From Thainema sp. (GTDB lineage Bacteria; Cyanobacteriota; Cyanobacteriia; Phormidesmidales; Phormidesmidaceae): DNA of 11,628 nucleotides. Position numbers and translations under genes: made by a program. The stretch spans positions 7,697-19,324 of the forward strand of contig JBQLZK010000095.1 in assembly GCA_052168235.1 (NCBI GenBank). Reading direction: 5' to 3'. The first letter of the stretch is position 1, and each line of letters opens with the position of its first letter. The notes below the pieces were generated by a model. That model worked only from the letters and a program-made list of their open reading frames with translations. It was not told where the DNA came from and searched no databases. Shown piece after piece: positions 1 to 6,433 of this stretch.

Positions 1-2
1 TC

Positions 3-2123
3 GGCACCATTGAAGTCGTCGATAACGACAATGATGGAGAAGCTGCATTTATCGTTAATGCCAACAACGAAATCGTTGTCAATGATGCCGATGAGCTGGA
101 CTTTGAAACCACCCAGTCTTACACGCTGGATGTCACGATTACTGACGCCGGTGGCCTCAGCGATACCGAAGCCGTCACCATTACCGTGACCAATGTTGAG
201 GAACCACCCGAAATCACGCCAGGGCAAGAATTTACAATTCCTGAAGACTCGGTCGATGGCGATGAGGTCGGAACGGTAGAAGCCGTAGATTCCGATGGCG
301 ATATCGTTACCTGGGCCATCCTAACAGGCAATGTGGACACGGATAATGACGGTGAACTGCTCTTTGAGATTGACAGTTCCGGCAATATCACCGTTAACGA
401 CGGAGATGAACTCGACTTCGAAACGACATCGTTCTACGACCTGGGTGTGCGAGTCATTGATGGCCAAGGTAATACCGATGATGAGATTGTTACCGTCAAT
501 ATCGATAACGTCAATGAACCTCCTACTGTCGATCCAGACCAAACCTTTACCGTTCCCGAAAATTCACCGATTGGGTTTGAGGTTGGCTTTGTCACCGCAA
601 CCGATCTAGAAGGCAATCTAAGCGGATTCCAAATTGTCGGTGGCAATCCCGATAATGATGACGATGGCACGTTTGCCTTCAGCATTAGCAATACAGGGCG
701 GCTATTTGTCACCGATCCGGGCGATCTCAATTTTGAGGATTTCCCGACTGACTACACGCTGACCATTCAGGCAACTGATGCAGAAGGTGCTAGCAGCACT
801 GGTACCATCACAGTCAGCGTAACTGATGAAAATGAACCACCCTTCATCGCACCGAATCAAACGTTTAACGTAGATGAAGGTTCACCTCAAGGTACGGTCT
901 TTGGCACCGTTAATGGCGGTGATCCAGATACCGATCCCGCTAATCAGATCGCAAATTGGGAAATTGTTGCAGCCACAAATCCCGACAACGATACAGATGG
1001 TATCCCCGCTTTTGAAATCAGTCCAACAGGAGAGCTATCTGTATTAGATCCAGATGAGTTAAATGTTGAAGAGTACCCAACCGAATACACTCTGACCGTG
1101 CGGGCCGTAGATGGCCAAGGAGATTTCAGCACCCGCGACATCACAGTAACCGTCAATGACGTCAACGAAGCTCCGGTTGTTGATCCAGGGCAGGCATTTA
1201 CAGTGGACGAAAATGCGGCGAATGGGACAGTCGTTGGTGATATTACATTCTCTGATCCAGATGCTAATGACACCTTTACGGGCAGCATTGCAGTCGTCGA
1301 TGCGGATGGCGACGGTACCCCCGCGTTCTCGGTTCAAAATGGTCAGATTGTTGTCACCGATGGTGATGAGATTGACTTTGAAACCAATCCAACTTATACG
1401 CTGAATGTCACCGTTACGGATGCAGGTGGACTGAGCAGCAGTGCGGCAAGCGTCACGATTGGCGTTAATGATGTCAATGAAGCGCCTGTGATTACGACAG
1501 TTGACCCCGTTTTCAATATTGATGAGGGGCAACCCGTTGGTGCACCAGTTGGCACCATTGAATTTACCGACCCCGATGCTCCACCGAATGAAGTTAAAAC
1601 CGTCACGATTAATAGTCCAGATGGGGATGGAGACGGCACACCACTCTTCGCCATCGATCTCAACGGTAATATCACCGTCAATGATGCGGATGAACTCGAT
1701 TTTGAGCTATTCCCCATAACCTACACTCTGGAGGTTGAAGTTAGCGACGGTGAATTAAGCGATACGACAACCGTCACGATCACCGTCAATGATGCCAATG
1801 AGTTACCCGTCATTGATCCGGGCCAAGTCTTTACCGTGGCTGAAACGGCTCCTAACGGTACGGCATTTGGCACAGTTGCAGCGACAGATGATGATGGCAC
1901 CTTAATCGGCTGGACCATTGTTGGTGGTAATCCAGACAATGATGGTGACGGAGTTGCGGCATTCCGGATCAACTCGGCAACAGGAGCGCTGGTTGTTAAT
2001 GATCGCGGCGATCTGGATCAAGAAGCGGCAGGCGCTGTGGCTAGCTATGATCTGACAGTTCAAGTTGGAGATGGCATTGGCACGTCTCAGGAAGTGATTA
2101 CGGTCAATATCGAAGATATTGAT
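3..2123 (+). repeat. Cadherin-like domain array 1 (one partial + six complete repeats)
   Basis: Linkers NVEEPP, NVNEPP, DENEPP, DVNEAP, DVNEAP and DANELP delimit units of about 105-110 aa. The units are diverged at the nucleotide level. Confidence 0.85.
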
Positions 2124-5100
2124 CCGCTGAATGATGACTTTGCAAGTGCAATTCAACTAGCAGGAGTCACCGATAGCGATACTGGCAGCAATGTTGATGC
2201 AACAGCCGAAACGGGAGAACCTACGCTGAGCATTCCTAACAACAGCGTATGGTGGACATGGACGGCTCCTGCTTCTGGCCTCGTTATCGTTGATACATTT
2301 GGCAGCAGCTTTGACACTCTGCTTGGTGTATATACCGGAACAACCGTTGATGCGCTCACTGAGGTTGCATTCAATGATGATGCGACAGGCAGTGTGCAAA
2401 GTGAAGTGCAGTTTGTTGCCGTACAAGGTGCAACCTATTACTTCCTAGTCGATGGTTTCCAAGCACAAGCGGGTGACGTTCAGATTAATCTCAACTTTGA
2501 TGCAAATGAGCCACCTGTTATCGCACCAGGTCAATCTTTCGCGGTACCAGAAAACTCACCGCCGGGAACGGTTGTTGGCACAGTTGCGGCGTCCGATGCC
2601 GATGGCACGATCGACAGTTGGGCTATCACGGATGGTAATACCGACTTGGATGGAGACGGTACACCAACATTCTCCATTAGCGATACGGGCCAAATCATCG
2701 TCGAAGATGGTGATGGGCTGGACTTTGAATCGAAGACGGTTTTCGAGCTGGAGATTACGGCTACAGACAACTTGGGTGAAGCAACGACCCAGGTGGTGGG
2801 AGTTACGATTTCCAATGTCAATGAACCACCAACCGTCACCCCCGGTCTGGCCTTTGATGTCAGCGAAGCGGCTGCCAACGGTACAGTTGTCGGTACTGTC
2901 ACCGCGACTGATCCAGACGGAAATGCCGATGTTGTGGCTTGGACAATTAGTGATGCAGACAATCCCGATCTCGACGGAGATGGCACTCGTGCCTTTGCGA
3001 TCAGCAACACAGGCGTAATCACAGTAGCGGATACTGACGACATTGATTTTGAGGCTGCGGCCCCAATCACCCAACTTACGGTGACAGCCACTGACGCCGG
3101 TGGACTCAGCAGCACTGAAGTTATTGGCATCACCGTTACCAATGCCGATGAGGCTCCAGTCATTGATCCGGGGCAAGCCTTTGAGATTGATGAAAATATT
3201 GCCGATACGACTGCGGTGGGTACGGTGACAGCCATTGACCCAGAAAACGACATCACCACCTGGGCCATCAGTGATGCGAGCAATCCGGATTTGGATGGAG
3301 ACGGTACTCGCGCCTTTGCCATTGATGCAACGGGTCAAATTACCGTCGCAGATACCGATGACATTGACTTTACGGTTGCTGACACCATCACCCTAGAAGT
3401 CACAGCTACGGATGCTACCAATCTCAGTGATACCGAGTCTGTCGTTATCAATATCAACGACACAAATCAGGCTCCGGATATCCTAGATGGACAAGTGTTC
3501 GACGTGCTGGAGAATTCGGCGACTGGCACAACCGTTGGCACTGTTGACGTAGATGATTCTGATGGCAACCTTGTGAACTGGGAGATCACAAGCGGTAATC
3601 CTGACACTGATGGTGATGGTTCGCCTGGGTTCACGATTAACAGTGAGGGTGTGATCACGGTTCTCGATGGCGATGAGTTGGACTTTGAAACGGCCCAAAG
3701 CTACGACTTAGAAGTTACCGTCATTGACAGCTTTAATGCGTCTGATACCGCTACGGTCACGGTTCAAATTCAGGATGATAATGAGTCACCAACAATTCAA
3801 GCAGGACAAACCTTCTCGATTGATGAGGGAGCTGCGCTAAGTACTTCAATTGGTTCTGTTGTTGCAACTGATCCAGATGCAGACGATAGCTTAACCTGGG
3901 CTATCACAAGCGGAAACATCAACCCAGACGGTGACGGAGCGGCTGCATTCGGCATTAATCCGACAACCGGAGAGCTTTTTGTTACTGATGGTAATGATAT
4001 TGATGCCAGCACTAACGCCAGCGTCAACCTAACTATTCAAGTGACAGATGAGGCTGGTAATACTGATTCAGAAACAGTTGTGATTAATGTCAATGACATT
4101 AATGAACCACCTGTTATTCCTTCAGGCCAGCAGTTTACGGTGGGTGAAAATGCTGCCAATGGTGCGGAAATCGGTACGGTTGCCGATGAAGATCCAGAAG
4201 GTAATGTTACGGCCTGGTCTATTGTTTCGGGTAATCCTGACAACGATACAGATGGCAATGCCGCCTTTGCTATTGACAACACAGGATTGCTAACGGTTGC
4301 CGATGCGGATGATTTGGACGCCGAGTCGTTCCCTGGTCCTTACACTGTTCGGGTGCAGGCAAATGATGGAGAGTTTACGATTCAGCAGGATATTACGATC
4401 AATATCCAGGATGAAAATGACCCACCAGTTGTTGATCCGGATCAAACGTTTGAAATTAACGAAGGATCACCAAACGGTACGGCAGTTGGTACGGTCACCG
4501 CAACAGATCCGGAAGGTAGCATAGCTGGTTGGGCAATTACGGCAGGTAATCCTGATAACGATAATGATGGAACAGCGGCTTTTGCCATCAATACTGCAGG
4601 GCAAATTACCGTTGCAGATAGTAATGAGATCAACTTTGAGAACCTGAACAGTTATTCCTTGACTGTCAGAGCAACAGATAATGCTGGTGCGACTAATACT
4701 GGTACTGTCGGTATTACTGTAAACGATGTGGATGAGGCTCCGCGTAATTTACAGCTTCAGGCAATTCCAAACACGTCAACAAACTTTACGGTTAATTTAG
4801 CGGGTAGTTTCGTTGATCCCGATCAGGGTGATCCTCATACCGCCACGATTCAGTGGGGCGACGGTACGGCACCTACAACGCTAAATTTAGCCGCTGGTAA
4901 CACATCTATCAATGGATCTCACGTCTATACAACGCCAGGAAACTTTACCGTATCTGTTACGGTTGCTGATGCAGCTGGTCAGGTTCAATCAACCCAGTCG
5001 GTACAGGTTGGTAACTCTGCATTCCCTGATTTCAATCGTGATAATTCACCTGGTGTTGCTTGGCGGAATATTTCGACCGGACAGAATTCACTGTGGTTCT

Positions 5101-5795
5101 TAGGCGACAACAATACACGGATTGGAGGTGGTGCACCTCCGGCTGTTGCAGGTGCAAGCTGGAGAATTGAAGGCATTGGTGACTATGACGGAGATGGTCA
5201 AGATGATCTAGTTTGGCGAAATAGTGCAACTGGTCAGAATAGCGTTTGGTTCATGAATGGTACGAGTCGGATCGCGACGGCTGCGCTTAATCCAGTGACC
5301 GAGGCTGGTTGGCAGCTGCAAGGTGTAGGAACATTCCAGGCCAACAGCGCACGTCGTGATGATTTGGTTTGGCGAAATCAAGTCACGGGCCAGAACTCAA
5401 TTTGGATCATGAACGGTGCAACTCGAACTGGATTCGTTTCGATTGATCCAGTGACAGATACAAATTGGGAAATTGCTGGTGTGGGCAATTTCGATGGTGA
5501 TGGTCGCTTAGATGATGTGGTTTGGCGCAATTATGCAACTGGCCAAAATGTGGTCTGGTTTATTAATGCAGATGGTACCAAGAGCACGCAAGCACTGCCG
5601 ATTCTAGCCGATACCACTTGGCGGATTGAGGGCGTTTCTGACTTTGATGGAGATGGCCGAGCTAATGATCTGCTCTGGCAGAATCGCAATACAGGGCAAA
5701 CGACAACTTGGTTTATTGGTAATGACTTTACCCGCCAGGGAGTACAAGCTCTGAATCCGCAAGTGAATGATGCTAACTGGAAGGTAGTTGTCTAA
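3..5795 (+). CDS. Giant cadherin-repeat surface protein / putative adhesin, 5'-truncated (cadherin repeats + PPC-like + PKD + FG-GAP repeats)
   Basis: The frame is open from position 3 (GTIEVVDNDNDGEAAF...LDFETTQSYTLDVTITDAGGLS...) to TAA at 5793-5795, about 1930 codons. The ORF-track start at 186 is an internal GTG. Repeats of ~105 aa carry cadherin motifs: F-x-[IV]-x-E-[ND], VGTVxAxDxD, LDFE, Y-x-L-x-V-x-x-x-D and DxNExP linkers. Confidence 0.93.
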   Translation, partial: GTIEVVDNDNDGEAAFIVNANNEIVVNDADELDFETTQSYTLDVTITDAGGLSDTEAVTITVTNVEEPPEITPGQEFTIPEDSVDGDEVGTVEAVDSDGDIVTWAILTGNVDTDNDGELLFEIDSSGNITVNDGDELDFETTSFYDLGVRVIDGQGNTDDEIVTVNIDNVNEPPTVDPDQTFTVPENSPIGFEVGFVTATDLEGNLSGFQIVGGNPDNDDDGTFAFSISNTGRLFVTDPGDLNFEDFPTDYTLTIQATDAEGASSTGTITVSVTDENEPPFIAPNQTFNVDEGSPQGTVFGTVNGGDPDTDPANQIANWEIVAATNPDNDTDGIPAFEISPTGELSVLDPDELNVEEYPTEYTLTVRAVDGQGDFSTRDITVTVNDVNEAPVVDPGQAFTVDENAANGTVVGDITFSDPDANDTFTGSIAVVDADGDGTPAFSVQNGQIVVTDGDEIDFETNPTYTLNVTVTDAGGLSSSAASVTIGVNDVNEAPVITTVDPVFNIDEGQPVGAPVGTIEFTDPDAPPNEVKTVTINSPDGDGDGTPLFAIDLNGNITVNDADELDFELFPITYTLEVEVSDGELSDTTTVTITVNDANELPVIDPGQVFTVAETAPNGTAFGTVAATDDDGTLIGWTIVGGNPDNDGDGVAAFRINSATGALVVNDRGDLDQEAAGAVASYDLTVQVGDGIGTSQEVITVNIEDIDPLNDDFASAIQLAGVTDSDTGSNVDATAETGEPTLSIPNNSVWWTWTAPASGLVIVDTFGSSFDTLLGVYTGTTVDALTEVAFNDDATGSVQSEVQFVAVQGATYYFLVDGFQAQAGDVQINLNFDANEPPVIAPGQSFAVPENSPPGTVVGTVAASDADGTIDSWAITDGNTDLDGDGTPTFSISDTGQIIVEDGDGLDFESKTVFELEITATDNLGEATTQVVGVTISNVNEPPTVTPGLAFDVSEAAANGTVVGTVTATDPDGNADVVAWTISDADNPDLDGDGTRAFAISNTGVITVADTDDIDFEAAAPITQLTVTATDAGGLSSTEVIGITVTNADEAPVIDPGQAFEIDENIADTTAVGTVTAIDPENDITTWAISDASNPDLDGDGTRAFAIDATGQITVADTDDIDFTVADTITLEVTATDATNLSDTESVVININDTNQAPDILDGQVFDVLENSATGTTVGTVDVDDSDGNLVNWEITSGNPDTDGDGSPGFTINSEGVITVLDGDELDFETAQSYDLEVTVIDSFNASDTATVTVQIQDDNESPTIQAGQTFSIDEGAALSTSIGSVVATDPDADDSLTWAITSGNINPDGDGAAAFGINPTTGELFVTDGNDIDASTNASVNLTIQVTDEAGNTDSETVVINVNDINEPPVIPSGQQFTVGENAANGAEIGTVADEDPEGNVTAWSIVSGNPDNDTDGNAAFAIDNTGLLTVADADDLDAESFPGPYTVRVQANDGEFTIQQDITINIQDENDPPVVDPDQTFEINEGSPNGTAVGTVTATDPEGSIAGWAITAGNPDNDNDGTAAFAINTAGQITVADSNEINFENLNSYSLTVRATDNAGATNTGTVGITVNDVDEAPRNLQLQAIPNTSTNFTVNLAGSFVDPDQGDPHTATIQWGDGTAPTTLNLAAGNTSINGSHVYTTPGNFTVSVTVADAAGQVQSTQSVQVGNSAFPDFNRDNSPGVAWRNISTGQNSLWFLGDNNTRIGGGAPPAVAGASWRIEGIGDYDGDGQDDLVWRNSATGQNSVWFMNGTSRIATAALNPVTEAGWQLQGVGTFQANSARRDDLVWRNQVTGQNSIWIMNGATRTGFVSIDPVTDTNWEIAGVGNFDGDGRLDDVVWRNYATGQNVVWFINADGTKSTQALPILADTTWRIEGVSDFDGDGRANDLLWQNRNTGQTTTWFIGNDFTRQGVQALNPQVNDANWKVVV
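2124..2501 (+). other. PPC-like (pre-peptidase C-terminal-like) beta-sandwich domain within the adhesin
   Basis: PLNDDFASA...GSNVDATAETGEP...SVWWTWTAPASG...DTFGSSFDTLLGVYTG...NDD...GATYYFLVDG resembles the widespread 'PxNDxF...SVWWxWTAP...DTxLxVY...YYIxVDG' extracellular module. Recognised by motif only, not by a search. Confidence 0.7.
2502..4742 (+). repeat. Cadherin-like domain array 2 (seven complete repeats)
   Basis: Linkers ANEPP, NVNEPP, NADEAP, DTNQAP, DDNESP, DINEPP, DENDPP and DVDEAP, with the same internal motifs as array 1. Confidence 0.85.
4743..5015 (+). other. PKD-like domain
   Basis: HTATIQWGDG...SHVYTTPGNFTVSVTVAD matches the PKD signature (W[DG]xGDG...HxYxxPGxYTVxxTV). Confidence 0.8.
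5022..5792 (+). repeat. Five FG-GAP/VCBS-like repeats (probable beta-propeller) at the C-terminus
   Basis: Five ~50-aa units with the pattern W-x-I-x-G-[VI]-G-D-[FY]-D-G-D-G-x-x-D-[LV]-V-W-R-N-x-x-T-G-Q-N-x-x-W. The five cores are WRNISTGQN, WRNSATGQN, WRNQVTGQN, WRNYATGQN and WQNRNTGQT. Confidence 0.85.
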
Positions 5796-5892
5796 TTAAT
5801 TCTTAAGTTGGGATGCGATCGCGCTTTTTACTACCTTCTATTACCTTGTAGATCGCACCTCTAAATTCACCTTTTGATTAAGTACCAAACGC

Positions 5893-5921
5893 AAAAGCCC
5901 TCTGAAACAGAGGGCTTTTTT
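5893..5921. terminator. Rho-independent terminator, probably bidirectional
   Basis: Perfect 12-bp inverted repeat AAAAGCCCTCTG-AAA-CAGAGGGCTTTT (5893-5919). It has a T6 tract on + (5916-5921) and an A4 tract that gives a U-run on -. It lies between the convergent adhesin and ruvC stop codons. Confidence 0.88.
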
Positions 5922-5936
5922 CTTACGTATTTTGCA

Positions 5937-6425
5937 TTACTGCTGGAACCAGGCGGCTAAGGCGACGGCCAGCGCATCGGCGGCATCATCAGGACGGGGA
6001 ATAGTGGGCAAATTCAGTTCGCGGGCAACGGCTTCTTGAACTGCTTGCTTATCGGCATTGCCATAACCTGTCAGTGCTTGCTTAATTTGAGCAGGGGTAA
6101 ATTCGATAAACGGAAGCTGATGCTGAGCCAGGACAAGCATAATCACGCCACGAGCTTGGGCAACCAAAATAGTGTTGCCCATGCGATAGAAAAACAATTT
6201 TTCAATGGCTACTAGATCCGGTTGGGTTTGTTCAATTAGGGCATTGAGATCGTCATAAATGGTGCAGAGCCGATCGCCTAGTTCGGTATGTTTGGGCGTT
6301 TCAATGATGCCAAAGTCATAGGGAATCGTGTGTTCTTGATGACTTTTGGATGTCCGGGGATGGCATTCAATAGCGCCAAAACCTAGAATCGCTAGTCCTG
6401 GATCAATGCCGAGAATTCGTTTCAT
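5937..6425 (-). CDS. ruvC: Crossover junction endodeoxyribonuclease RuvC (Holliday junction resolvase)
   Basis: 162 aa with RILGIDPG (catalytic D), VAIEKLFF (catalytic E), [23 protein letters not shown] and [12 protein letters not shown] (catalytic Ds). Confidence 0.97.
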   Translation of the reverse strand: MKRILGIDPGLAILGFGAIECHPRTSKSHQEHTIPYDFGIIETPKHTELGDRLCTIYDDLNALIEQTQPDLVAIEKLFFYRMGNTILVAQARGVIMLVLAQHQLPFIEFTPAQIKQALTGYGNADKQAVQEAVARELNLPTIPRPDDAADALAVALAAWFQQ

Positions 6426-6433
6426 TCGGGAAA

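Noticed and set aside
186..188. ORF-track start of the adhesin at 186
   Set aside because: It is an internal GTG (Val). The frame is open and cadherin-like from position 3, so the true start lies upstream of the window.
3..4742. Repeats as a CRISPR array or DGR template/variable repeat pair
   Set aside because: The repeats are protein-level with synonymous divergence at all bases, not adenine-specific. There are no identical DNA repeats with spacers and no reverse transcriptase in the window.
119..5229. Many antisense and alternate-frame ORFs over the adhesin (e.g. 2531-3322, 2556-3338, 2452-3018)
   Set aside because: Shadow ORFs caused by the biased codon content of the repeat protein. They have no independent motifs.
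3..5795. Apparent 5'-to-3' GC decline in the adhesin gene
   Set aside because: Spot counts vary locally (about 60% at 121-180, 40% at 1021-1080, 38% at 4621-4680). A trend cannot be supported by eye.
5937..6425. RuvC-fold protein as a Cas9/Cas12/TnpB-type or transposon nuclease
   Set aside because: It is a stand-alone 162-aa canonical Holliday junction resolvase. There is no CRISPR array, zinc finger, or IS ends nearby.
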